Source: Candidatus Saganbacteria bacterium (lineage in GTDB: Bacteria; Margulisbacteria; WOR-1; JAKLHX01). From it: a DNA stretch of 32,000 nucleotides. The stretch is taken from contig JAPLKZ010000010.1 in the NCBI GenBank assembly GCA_026387835.1, positions 30,001 to 62,000 of the forward strand. The letters run 5' to 3'. Shown piece by piece: positions 23,614 to 31,750 of the stretch. Positions within the stretch are counted from its first letter, which is position 1; every line of letters begins with the position of its first letter. Made by a program: the position numbers and the translations under genes. Under the pieces are notes generated by a model. The model was given only the letters and a program-made list of their open reading frames with translations. It was not told the origin of the DNA and searched no databases.

Positions 23614-24866
23614 CCGATCTTATTAAAAGCTCCCTGATAAATTTCGGCGCTGATTTTGCCGACGTCTTCACAGAGGAAGTTTCATCCACATCCATAGTCA
23701 TCGAGGACGCCAGGATCGACAAGCTGATCGCCGGAAGTTACTCGGGAAAAGGCATCCGTGCCATGAAAGGCCTTGAGGTGGACTATGAATATTACTCTCA
23801 AAAAGAGACCGCGCCCGAAAAACCCGACATCCCGATAGATAAGAAGATCGCCCTTGTCGAAAAAGCGGACCGTGCTGCAAGAAAGATAAGCCCTCTGATC
23901 AGGCAGGTGTCGATCAGCTACGGCGACACCGTTCAGAAAGTCACCTGTTCAAATTCTCTCGGGATACATGCTAAAGGGACAAGGATAAGGACCAGGTTCG
24001 TAGTGAGCGTTATTGCCAGCAATAATGGGGTTTTGCAGACCGGATACGAGACAGCCGGCGCGAGCACGGGCTTTGAGCTTTTTGAAAAAGTAGACGTTGA
24101 AAAGATGGGGGTAATAGCCGCCGAAAGGGCTGTCATGATGCTTGGAGCATCTGCCGCGCCTTCCGGGAAAATGGCTGTAATCATAATGAGCGAAGCTGGC
24201 GGGACTCTGATTCATGAAGCATGCGGCCACGGGCTTGAAGCGGATTTCATTGTAAAGAATACAAGCGTCTACGGCGGAAAGACCGGACAAAAGGTCGCTT
24301 CAGAACTTATAACAGTTATAGACGACGCGACTATTCCGGGAGCTTACGGTTCTTTTGAATTCGATGACGAAGGTACTCCTTCACAGAAAAAGATCCTCAT
24401 AGAGAACGGCATCCTGAAGGGTTTTATGAGCGATATCTATAATTCGAGAATATTAAATATCGGATCCTCCGGGAACGGAAGGCGCGAGGACTTTCAGCAA
24501 AAACCCCAGCCCAGGATGACGAATACTTATATCGAAAGGGGCAATTCCGATCCCGGAGAGATCATCAGCTCTGTAAAGAACGGTCTGCTCGTCAAAAAGC
24601 TCGGCGGAGGCCAGGTCAACGTGACCAACGGTGATTTTGTATTCGAAGTCCAGGAAGGTTACGTTATAGAGAACGGTAAAATAAAAAGGTCTGTCCGCGG
24701 TGCTACTCTTATCGGTAATGGCCCAAAGATACTTGCGGAAATAGATATGGTCGGCAGCGACCTTCATTTCATCATCGGGACCTGCGGAAAGGGAGATCAC
24801 GCTCCTGTATCAGACGCGATGCCTACGGTAAGGGTACCTGAGATAGTGGTTGGTGGGAGAGCTTAA
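23610..24866 (+). CDS. tldD: TldD/PmbA-family metalloprotease (TldD-like)
   Basis: 418 aa. HEACGHGLEADF metal-binding motif and C-terminal G.CGK......V....P...V family signature. ATGA overlap with panE. Confidence 0.85.
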   Translation: MTDLIKSSLINFGADFADVFTEEVSSTSIVIEDARIDKLIAGSYSGKGIRAMKGLEVDYEYYSQKETAPEKPDIPIDKKIALVEKADRAARKISPLIRQVSISYGDTVQKVTCSNSLGIHAKGTRIRTRFVVSVIASNNGVLQTGYETAGASTGFELFEKVDVEKMGVIAAERAVMMLGASAAPSGKMAVIIMSEAGGTLIHEACGHGLEADFIVKNTSVYGGKTGQKVASELITVIDDATIPGAYGSFEFDDEGTPSQKKILIENGILKGFMSDIYNSRILNIGSSGNGRREDFQQKPQPRMTNTYIERGNSDPGEIISSVKNGLLVKKLGGGQVNVTNGDFVFEVQEGYVIENGKIKRSVRGATLIGNGPKILAEIDMVGSDLHFIIGTCGKGDHAPVSDAMPTVRVPEIVVGGRA

Positions 24867-25036
24867 ATATTCCCTTTCCTGACTTTGGCGGCAAATTCTT
24901 TGCTTTTTTGCGGCATAAAATAATACAGAAATCTGTTGAGCTTTTCAAGCCCTTCTAATTTTTGTTGAGGCGATAACCGTTCGAATATTTTTTTTCTCTC
25001 AGCCGAAGAATCCGTTGTTTTCTTTTCTGTTTTCAT
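24863..25036 (-). CDS. unlisted 57-aa basic ORF translationally coupled to the NTase-fold gene
   Basis: Hand translation gives MKTEKKTTDSSAERKKIFERLSPQQKLEGLEKLNRFLYYFMPQKSKEFAAKVRKGNI*. Its start ATG overlaps the upstream stop (ATGA at 25033-25036). It is below the track's length cut-off. Its stop forms TTAA with the tldD stop. Confidence 0.4.
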   Translation of the reverse strand: MKTEKKTTDSSAERKKIFERLSPQQKLEGLEKLNRFLYYFMPQKSKEFAAKVRKGNI

Positions 25037-25545
25037 TTCATTTTCATTCTTTGTTTAAGAAGTTTGATATCTTCCATGTCTTTTTTTCTGCCTGCGATCT
25101 TTTTAAGTTCTATCAGTTCGTCGATACCTACAACAGACACATTTATTCCCCATGCCTCTATCACTATTCTTTTCTTGTATGCTTTCTTAAATGAAATATA
25201 GTTTTCTGTCATTACATCAATATTGATATACGGATTGTCTATATCAATAAATGAAAATACCAGCATCCCCTTTTCCTTCTGCCATTTTTTCACCTTATAC
25301 GGGTCAGCAAGATCTTCCGGATTAACAGGAACTTTGGGTTTTAGCTTGAGTAGCTTCATCACTGAAATGAACTTCAGCAGGTTCCCTCTGTCCATTGAGA
25401 GCATAATATCCATGTCCCCTGTAACTCGCTCAACCCCGTGAAGATTAACCGCGATCCCGCCGATAATAAGGTACTTGACTTTCTTTTTCTCTAATTCTTC
25501 AAAAATATCTTCATAGTATAATTGTCTGTTTTTAGGTTCTCTCAT
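25033..25545 (-). CDS. nucleotidyltransferase-fold protein (minimal NTase, DUF6036/AbiEii-like)
   Basis: YLIIGGIAVNLHGVERVTGDMDIML fits the GG-x-A-x(3)-HG-x(2)-R-x-T-x-D-x-D NTase pattern. ATG 25545 (ATGA overlap with the metF stop) is preferred over track start 25611, which lies inside metF. Confidence 0.6.
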   Translation of the reverse strand: MREPKNRQLYYEDIFEELEKKKVKYLIIGGIAVNLHGVERVTGDMDIMLSMDRGNLLKFISVMKLLKLKPKVPVNPEDLADPYKVKKWQKEKGMLVFSFIDIDNPYINIDVMTENYISFKKAYKKRIVIEAWGINVSVVGIDELIELKKIAGRKKDMEDIKLLKQRMKMK

Positions 25546-26405
25546 ATTTTCTCTGTTATCCGTTTGACTGTTTCCGCATCGTTCATCGTCATGAAGTGAA
25601 CGCCGTCGCATAAAGATTTAAGTTCTTTTATCGTCTCGACCGCGATATCCAGGCCTTCTTTGACCGGATCTTTAGCGGCTTTCATCCTTTTCAGGACCTT
25701 CTCCCCCACTTTCACCCCGGGAACTTTCTGGTCCATAAAGACCGCTGCCGATAAAGATTTTAAAGGGAATATGCCGAGCAGAAGTTTTGCCTTGAGACGG
25801 CCCGCCTTGTCGCGGAACTTTTTGAACAGGTCTGTGTCAAAGACCACCTGTGTCTGGATGAATTCGGCGCCCGCATCTATTTTTTTTCTCAGTTTCATTA
25901 TTTGAAGGTCCATCTGCTCGCTGTTCGGATTGACCACGCAGCCTGTGGTAAGATCGGCTTTGCCCGACAGACCGTTACCGTGAAGATCTTTCCCGCCGCT
26001 AATTTTTTTAATAAGATCTATCAACTGGACCGAATCCACTTCGAACACGGGCTTCGCGAGGACTTTCCCATCCTTGACGGGATAATCTCCGGTGATGGCC
26101 AGGATATTTTTAATGCCGAGCGCTGCCGCCGCGAGTATATCAGATGAAAGCCCCATGCTGTTGCGGTCGCGGCAGGACATCTGATATACCGCATCGACAC
26201 CTTCGCTTACAAGCTTGTGGCAGAGGACAATGGGGTTCATCCTCATCACCGCCCTCTGGTTGTCGGTCACGTTTATCGCGTGTACCGTGTCTTTAAGCTG
26301 CCTGGCTTTTTCCAGAGCGGGGATTATATCGCTTCCCCTGGGTGGGAATATCTCCGCAGTCAATATGAATTCATTGTTATCTATGGCTTTTCTTAAGGTG
26401 TTCAT
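25542..26405 (-). CDS. metF: methylenetetrahydrofolate reductase MetF
   Basis: The 288-aa version starts MNTLRKAIDNNEFILTAEIFPPRG and is colinear with MTHFR (VTDN, LAITGD, FEVDS.QL). The track ORF is over-extended into metV. ATG 26405 overlaps the metV stop (ATGA). Confidence 0.9.
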   Translation of the reverse strand: MNTLRKAIDNNEFILTAEIFPPRGSDIIPALEKARQLKDTVHAINVTDNQRAVMRMNPIVLCHKLVSEGVDAVYQMSCRDRNSMGLSSDILAAAALGIKNILAITGDYPVKDGKVLAKPVFEVDSVQLIDLIKKISGGKDLHGNGLSGKADLTTGCVVNPNSEQMDLQIMKLRKKIDAGAEFIQTQVVFDTDLFKKFRDKAGRLKAKLLLGIFPLKSLSAAVFMDQKVPGVKVGEKVLKRMKAAKDPVKEGLDIAVETIKELKSLCDGVHFMTMNDAETVKRITEKI

Positions 26406-27043
26406 TTTTCGACTTTTCTCGGCCGCAGCGCTGCGGACCAGTCTTTTACCGGCCGGAAATCCCTGATGTCCGAAACGGAATTTATCTGCTTCAGCCTCTC
26501 TTCGATGATCGCCCACGCGCAGTCGTTTTCCTTGTTGACCTCGCATTTGCCCTCTACGGAACCGCCGCACGGGCCGTTCAGGGTGTTTTTAGCGCATCGT
26601 GTTATAAGGCAGATGCCGCCCGTCTTGTCCAGCTGGCAGTCCCCGCAGGTGGTGCACATCTCGTAGAATTTTCCCGCGCGCTCCACTCTTGCCAGGAACA
26701 TGGAATTGAGAGCGGGAAAAGTTTTTTTGCCGATCAGGTCGGCTATCGTCTGGGACCCCGCCCCGCATGACATGACAAGAAAAGTGTCGGCTTCGTCCAT
26801 TTCTTTACGCAGGTCTTTGAGATCTTTTTTGCACAGCCGCTCGTCGCAGGTCGATTCTATTACTTTTGTCCCGGTAACGCGCTTTCCGGCTTTTTCAAGG
26901 GCCTTTTTCATCTCCCTGACCTGTTCTTCGCCGCCGGTATTTGTTGTCGTGGCGCACGAGCCGCAGCCCGCAATAAAAATGCTTTTGCTCTCTTTGAGCA
27001 TCCCAAGTATTTCTTCGATCTTCTTTTGTTCTGTTACGATCAT
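26402..27043 (-). CDS. metV: MTHFR C-terminal-domain protein MetV (cysteine-rich partner of MetF)
   Basis: 213 aa. Cysteine clusters GCGSC, SCGAG, CTTCGDC, C....CAK...NGPCGG and C. Sits immediately upstream of metF, as in acetogen-type metVF pairs. Confidence 0.85.
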   Translation of the reverse strand: MIVTEQKKIEEILGMLKESKSIFIAGCGSCATTTNTGGEEQVREMKKALEKAGKRVTGTKVIESTCDERLCKKDLKDLRKEMDEADTFLVMSCGAGSQTIADLIGKKTFPALNSMFLARVERAGKFYEMCTTCGDCQLDKTGGICLITRCAKNTLNGPCGGSVEGKCEVNKENDCAWAIIEERLKQINSVSDIRDFRPVKDWSAALRPRKVEK

Positions 27044-27044
27044 A

Positions 27045-28553
27045 TTATGTCAAAGGCCTCATGTGCGGGAATAATAATACATCCCTTATCGATGATGAGT
27101 TCGTTATGAGCATTATCAGCCTGTCTATGCCTATACCCAGCCCGCCCGCCGGCGGCATCCCGATCTCGAGCGCTTTTATATAGTCCTCGTCAAGAGATTC
27201 CGTCTCTTCATCCCCGGCTTTTTTCAGCTCCATCTGTTTTTCAAAGCGCTGTCTCTGGTCGATGGGGTCGTTCAGTTCCGAGAACGCGTTGGCAAGTTCC
27301 ATCCCCGCGACAATGACCTCGAACCTTTCGACCAGTTTCGGGTCGTTCCTTTTCTTTTTCGCCAGCGGCGACGTCTCAAGCGGGTAATCCGTGATAAAGG
27401 TCGGCTGGATCAGGTGCGGCTCCACGAACCTGTCGTAAAGTTCATTTATCAGTTTCCCCGAACCGAGCGAACCGGCCTCTTCGATCCCTCTTTCTTTTGC
27501 CAGTTTCCTGAGGTCTTTTTCGGATATGCCGATATCGATCCCCGCGAAGTGCTTCAGGGCCTGCGACAGGGTCATCCTTTTCCAGGGGGCGGAAAAATCT
27601 ATCCCGTGTTCTTTGTACTTTACTTTCAATGTGCCGAGTACGCTGCTGACGGACTCGGAGACAAGTTCCTCGGTCAGTTTCATGATATCTTCATAGTCGG
27701 CATAAGCCTGGTAGATCTCGATCATCGTATATTCGGGGTTATGCTTGAACGACATCCCCTCGTTCCTGAAGACCCTGCCGATCTCAAAGACTTTCTCGAA
27801 ACCTCCCGCGATCAGCCTTTTTAAATATAATTCCGGAGCGATCCTTAAGAACAATTCCATATTAAGCGCGTTATGGAAAGTCTTGAACGGTTTTGCGGCG
27901 GCCCCGCCCTGCATGGAATGGAGCATCGGGGTCTCTACCTCGATAAAGCCTTTTCCTTCAAGCGACCTCCTTATCTGCGAGATCACGCGGCTCCTGGTCA
28001 TGAACACTTCTTTCACCGCGGGATTAACGATAAGGTCGACATACCGCTCCCTGTATCTTGTGTCGGTGTCATGGAGCCCGTGCCATTTTTCAGGTAGCGG
28101 CCTGAGTGATTTTGTCAGAAGGATAAGTTCATGCACTTTAACGGAGACTTCGCCCGTCTTTGTCTTGAATATTTTTCCCTTGACCCCGATGATATCGCCG
28201 ATATCTATCTTCTCGAAAGCCTCGAATATTTTTGCGCCGACAATATCAAGTTTTACATATATCTGGAGCCTGCCTTTTTCGTCCTGGATATGCGCGAAAG
28301 CCGCTTTGCCGTGGCCTCTTTTGAGCATCACGCGGCCGGCAAGCGAGTATTCTTCCCCGCTTTCCTGCCCGTGCTCAAGATCTTTATACTTTTCGAGGAT
28401 AAAGATCGAATCCGTATTTTTTTTGAAGTTGTATGCGAACGGCTCCATCCCGATCGACCTGAAAAAATCCAGCTTCTCCCGGCGGACCTTTAACAGCGCG
28501 CTGAGGTCTTCGGTATTTTCCTGCCTGTTCAGCTCTTCCATATTGCCTTCCAT
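27045..28553 (-). CDS. lysS: lysine--tRNA ligase, class II
   Basis: 502 aa. OB-fold N-terminal domain, class II motifs (FIEVETPML, FRNEG.S..HNPEFT..E.Y, GGLGIGIDRL) and C-terminal LFP.MR. Confidence 0.95.
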   Translation of the reverse strand: MEGNMEELNRQENTEDLSALLKVRREKLDFFRSIGMEPFAYNFKKNTDSIFILEKYKDLEHGQESGEEYSLAGRVMLKRGHGKAAFAHIQDEKGRLQIYVKLDIVGAKIFEAFEKIDIGDIIGVKGKIFKTKTGEVSVKVHELILLTKSLRPLPEKWHGLHDTDTRYRERYVDLIVNPAVKEVFMTRSRVISQIRRSLEGKGFIEVETPMLHSMQGGAAAKPFKTFHNALNMELFLRIAPELYLKRLIAGGFEKVFEIGRVFRNEGMSFKHNPEYTMIEIYQAYADYEDIMKLTEELVSESVSSVLGTLKVKYKEHGIDFSAPWKRMTLSQALKHFAGIDIGISEKDLRKLAKERGIEEAGSLGSGKLINELYDRFVEPHLIQPTFITDYPLETSPLAKKKRNDPKLVERFEVIVAGMELANAFSELNDPIDQRQRFEKQMELKKAGDEETESLDEDYIKALEIGMPPAGGLGIGIDRLIMLITNSSSIRDVLLFPHMRPLT

Positions 28554-29272
28554 ATTAAGTTCAGGCCCTTTAATGTCAGGTCGGGGTCTACAACATCTAT
28601 TATATCAGTTTGGGATGAAATAATTCCCGCCAGGCCTCCGGTGGCGACTACCCTGGTTTTTTTGCCTAGCTTTTCCCTGAACCTTTTGACAAGACTTTCG
28701 ACTATTCCCGCGTATCCGTAGATTATGCCCGACTGCATCGCTGAAACAGTGCTGCCCCCTATCGCTTTTACGGGGACTTTCAGAGCGACCAGGGGCAGTT
28801 TCGCGGTCTTTTCATGTAATGCGTCCCTTGAGATCGCGACCCCGGGTGATATCGCGCCTCCCAGGTAGGAACCTTTTTTATCGACGGCGCAGAATGTCGT
28901 GGCCGTGCCGAAATCGATCACTATCAGGGGCTTTCCGTAAAGGATCATCGCGGCGTAAGAATCGGCAAGCCGGTCCACTCCGATCTCATTTTTATTCTTC
29001 AATAAGATCTTCATAAGGCCGTTGAAAGTGGCCGCGTTCAAAAAGAAAGGCTCTATACCGAACAATCTATTGAGAATTCGCCCGATATTCTTCTCAACAG
29101 CAGGGACCACCGATGAAATAATGACGCCTTCGATGAAAGCGCCTTTAAAAGAGAAGAATTGTTTTTTGTAATCGTTTAAATACGTACTAAATCGGAATTT
29201 CTTTATTAAACGGTCATTTTCAAAAAGACCGGCGACGATATTCGTATTCCCGATATCGACGGTCAAGAGCAT
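28529..29272 (-). CDS. coaX: type III pantothenate kinase
   Basis: 247 aa. LLTVDIGNTN start, DRLA, VIDFGTATT and the GG.A family pattern. Confidence 0.9.
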   Translation of the reverse strand: MLLTVDIGNTNIVAGLFENDRLIKKFRFSTYLNDYKKQFFSFKGAFIEGVIISSVVPAVEKNIGRILNRLFGIEPFFLNAATFNGLMKILLKNKNEIGVDRLADSYAAMILYGKPLIVIDFGTATTFCAVDKKGSYLGGAISPGVAISRDALHEKTAKLPLVALKVPVKAIGGSTVSAMQSGIIYGYAGIVESLVKRFREKLGKKTRVVATGGLAGIISSQTDIIDVVDPDLTLKGLNLIWKAIWKS

Positions 29273-29317
29273 GGAAGGATTATAACATAATGGCTCTAAG
29301 CGCTGATACTTTTATGT

Positions 29318-29560
29318 TTAGCGGGCGGACTTGCTCGGCTGGTAGTTCGAGAGCCTCATCCTCTCGCGCATCGCGATCGGAAGGGTGTTCAGCAGGTTCT
29401 TTACGGTCCCGAACCTTTTTTTCTCGAGGCGGTGGGTGCAGCTTTCAAAGAATTCGCAGGGTTCTCCGACGACGGTGACCTCTTTGCATCGGGGACATTT
29501 GATCTCCCCGTCTTTCATGAGGAGCTTGTTGCATGACGGGCATCTTGTCTCTTTTTTCAT
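29318..29560 (-). CDS. small zinc-ribbon protein (Com-like CxxC...CxxC N-terminus)
   Basis: 80 aa starting MKKETRCPSCNKLLMKDGEIKCPRCKEV. AGGA lies 5 nt upstream of the ATG. May instead be the 3' part of a frame-shifted 117-aa gene (see 29445-29672). Confidence 0.5.
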   Translation of the reverse strand: MKKETRCPSCNKLLMKDGEIKCPRCKEVTVVGEPCEFFESCTHRLEKKRFGTVKNLLNTLPIAMRERMRLSNYQPSKSAR

Positions 29561-29672
29561 CTTGATCCTGCTGCCTTTCCCTGCCCAAAATCCGTTCTAT
29601 TAATGTATCGACAACTTTCCCCCGAAATTTCACTGAAAATTCGATATTATTCAGATCGATATCTTCAGTCAT
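29445..29672 (-). CDS. small ORF; only the first ~40 codons look genuine (possible 5' part of the Zn-ribbon gene)
   Basis: The ATG overlaps the stop of the upstream mutarotase-like gene (AATGACTGA). After an A6 run (29552-29557) the translation turns into R/Q/H-rich out-of-frame-looking sequence. Removing one A fuses it to the Zn-ribbon frame. Confidence 0.3.
   Translation of the reverse strand: MTEDIDLNNIEFSVKFRGKVVDTLIERILGRERQQDQDEKRDKMPVMQQAPHERRGDQMSPMQRGHRRRRTLRIL
29624..29640 (+). repeat. copy 1 of the 17-nt exact repeat GAAATTTCACTGAAAAT
   Basis: Identical to 30947-30963. Flanks are also similar: a shared TATCGA 12 nt upstream, and TCGATATT versus GCTATAAT downstream. Contains the palindrome TTTCA-c-TGAAA. 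Confidence 0.7.
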
Positions 29673-30882
29673 TCTGGAGCTTGTCTATCATCCTGATCTG
29701 CCTGACACTTGTTCTCAGCGTTGTTTCTCCCGGTTTTAATATCCACATTCCGGCCGGATTGAAACCTCTTTCCTTTGTTACAGGGAACTTTCGCCAACCC
29801 GGATTAAAGGGATCAGTGACACACGGTGCGAATTCAAAGCAAATTGCATTCGCGGCTAACGGGTTGCTGCTTTTCGGCGGAGCATATACCTGCAGGGCAT
29901 GTATCAAAGGAAAATCCTTCGGGAAAGGCGTGGACACCTCCACTCCCCATCCCGCGGAAGGATAAAAGGCTCTTGCGGCATACTGTCTGAAATCTGTGTT
30001 GCCCGGCATCTGCTCTTCTCTCAATCGGATAATACAATGGTCAAGAAATTTATCCCCTAAAACGCGGTCCTTGAGCGGGCCGCAGAACAGATCATCGAAG
30101 GGGGTTTCCTGTCTGTCAATAAAAGGGTTCGGTTTAAAAACAGGGAGCAGTGTCTCTCCCTTCACGAACGGATCGGTTTTTGTCCGGATAAAGCTGTCTC
30201 CGGCGAGACTTATCATGACTTCGCTCCTCTTTTGTCCCTTTGGGATCTTAAAATAAGCATGGTCGGTGTCTGAAAAGAATGTCGGAACATTGCCGGGATT
30301 GGAAGGGTAAGTGCTCCTTCCCAGAACCCCGTCTGTCAAACTGATCGTCTGGAACAATTGAATAGTTGAGAACCACTCTGTCTCCGGTATAGTAGCCGTT
30401 GCGGTGATCGCCGCGGAATTATTGCAGGTATTTAAATTCACATCTACAATTTTCCATTCAAGAAGCGACCCGTACCCGTGAAGCCCGAGCCCGTGAAGCA
30501 TTACACCGTCTGCATCCACAGGTATCACCTGTGTGTGGCCGTTGATTTTTATAGTTCTCATACCGTCTCCGTATTTCTCAATCGCCTTGACCCTGTTCTG
30601 CACCGGACAAATATAAGCACCGAACATCGCGCTGCCCCAGGTGCGGCGTTCATCGTTACCGATCCAGCCCACGGATTGCCGGTAAGACGGCATGGTCCTT
30701 ATCAGGTCCACCCGTCTGCCGCTGTTATCCGTTCCTTTGATATCCAGGACAGTCATCCCTTTTAAGCGGACACCAACCGTGTCGATAATTCCTTTTCTGC
30801 CTTTATTATGCAACACGAAGACATCATCACTGGCGTTTTTGGTCCCGAAATGTAGGGCTTTGATTCCGCAAGTATTTCCCAT
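29665..30882 (-). CDS. aldose 1-epimerase (galactose mutarotase)-like fold protein
   Basis: 405 aa. AAAGGAG SD. Family-like landmarks are LHGLGLHGY....W, DHAYFKIP, LQVYAP and ICFEFAPCVTDPFN (compare HG...W, H.YFNL and c.EPq...d..N). The assignment is motif-level only. Confidence 0.55.
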   Translation of the reverse strand: MGNTCGIKALHFGTKNASDDVFVLHNKGRKGIIDTVGVRLKGMTVLDIKGTDNSGRRVDLIRTMPSYRQSVGWIGNDERRTWGSAMFGAYICPVQNRVKAIEKYGDGMRTIKINGHTQVIPVDADGVMLHGLGLHGYGSLLEWKIVDVNLNTCNNSAAITATATIPETEWFSTIQLFQTISLTDGVLGRSTYPSNPGNVPTFFSDTDHAYFKIPKGQKRSEVMISLAGDSFIRTKTDPFVKGETLLPVFKPNPFIDRQETPFDDLFCGPLKDRVLGDKFLDHCIIRLREEQMPGNTDFRQYAARAFYPSAGWGVEVSTPFPKDFPLIHALQVYAPPKSSNPLAANAICFEFAPCVTDPFNPGWRKFPVTKERGFNPAGMWILKPGETTLRTSVRQIRMIDKLQND

Positions 30883-30946
30883 TCTTTTTATTCTCCTTTT
30901 ATATTTGTGTTAACTTCGACTATATTCTTATCGAACGTTATTTTCA

Positions 30947-30963
30947 GAAATTTCACTGAAAAT
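30947..30963 (+). repeat. copy 2 of the 17-nt repeat, embedded in a larger palindrome in the divergent promoter region
   Basis: ATTTTCAG-AAATTTCA-CTGAAAAT (30940-30963) has 8-bp inverted arms. It lies directly upstream of TATAAT (30966-30971) of the GAF-ANTAR gene, and upstream (on the minus strand) of the mutarotase-like gene. Confidence 0.7.
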
Positions 30964-30974
30964 GCTATAATTCC

Positions 30975-31703
30975 ATGGTAATGCCAAAGACTAAGCCGCA
31001 CAAAAAACAGCCGTTAAAAGAACAGATATTGGCCTTCAGCGAGATAAGCAAGGCGATCTCCTCTGACCTGTCGCTTGATGACATATTGCGCCTGGTCGTG
31101 AACGTCACCGCGAAGCTTTTAAAATCTAGCATCTGCTCCATCCAGCTCATCGACAAGGAGAAAAAAGAGCTCGTGATCCGCGCCACGCACAGCATGAGCG
31201 AGGAGTACAATAAAAAACCGCCGCTCAGGATCGGCGAAGGCATCGCCGGCAAAGTTGTGCTGGAGAACAGGCCGATAGTCGTGAAAGACATCGCGAAGGA
31301 ACCGGAATACAAATATAGGGATATCGCCAGGAAAGAAAAGCTCAGATCATTACTCTGCGTTCCGCTTACTGTAAAAGGAAAGGTCATCGGCGTGGTAAAT
31401 TCGTACACTTCAAGACCACACTCCTTCACTCATACCGAGATCGCAGTCCTGTCTTCGATCGCATGCCTCGCGGCCGTAGCCATTGAAAACACGGATATAC
31501 TGACCATGGCCCACGATATGGAAGAAGAGCTCAGGACGAGAAAACTTGTCGAAAGGGCCAAAGGCATCCTCATGAGGGACGAGAAACTGACCGAGGAAGA
31601 GGCTTATCTCAAGCTCCAGAAGTTCTCGATGGATTCCCGCAAAAGTATGAAGGATATTGCGGAGTCCCTGATAGTAAGTTATAATCTGAGAAGATTAAGG
31701 TAA
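30975..31703 (+). CDS. GAF-ANTAR RNA-binding antitermination-type regulator
   Basis: 242 aa. GAF domain (..GEGIAGKV......V.D........R.......RS.L.VPL...G.VIGV.N.Y) followed by an ANTAR helix bundle (R.LVERAKGILM....L.EEEAY..LQK.SMD.RKSM.DIAE.L). Possible start at ATG 30981. Confidence 0.85.
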   Translation: MVMPKTKPHKKQPLKEQILAFSEISKAISSDLSLDDILRLVVNVTAKLLKSSICSIQLIDKEKKELVIRATHSMSEEYNKKPPLRIGEGIAGKVVLENRPIVVKDIAKEPEYKYRDIARKEKLRSLLCVPLTVKGKVIGVVNSYTSRPHSFTHTEIAVLSSIACLAAVAIENTDILTMAHDMEEELRTRKLVERAKGILMRDEKLTEEEAYLKLQKFSMDSRKSMKDIAESLIVSYNLRRLR

Positions 31704-31708
31704 CAACC

Positions 31709-31750
31709 GCACAAAGTCCGTGCTTTCAGTTTGAACACCGTCCGTTCAAA
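31709..31750 (+). promoter_or_regulatory. tandem hairpins with matching A-N-N-G-T-C-C loops in the gdhA leader (candidate ANTAR target)
   Basis: GCAC-aaagtcc-GTGC (31709-31723), a 6-nt linker, then TTTGAAC-accgtcc-GTTCAAA (31730-31750). Located between the ANTAR gene stop and the gdhA SD. Confidence 0.35.

Noticed and set aside
23610-24866. TldD-like protease encoded without a PmbA partner
   Set aside because: The partner could lie anywhere outside this window. Absence here is not informative.
29603-29965. 120-aa plus-strand ORF antisense to the 3' end of the mutarotase-like gene, starting just upstream of repeat copy 1
   Set aside because: The composition looks like antisense translation, and there is no SD or recognisable motif. 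Any transcript from the duplicated promoter-like segment is more likely non-coding.
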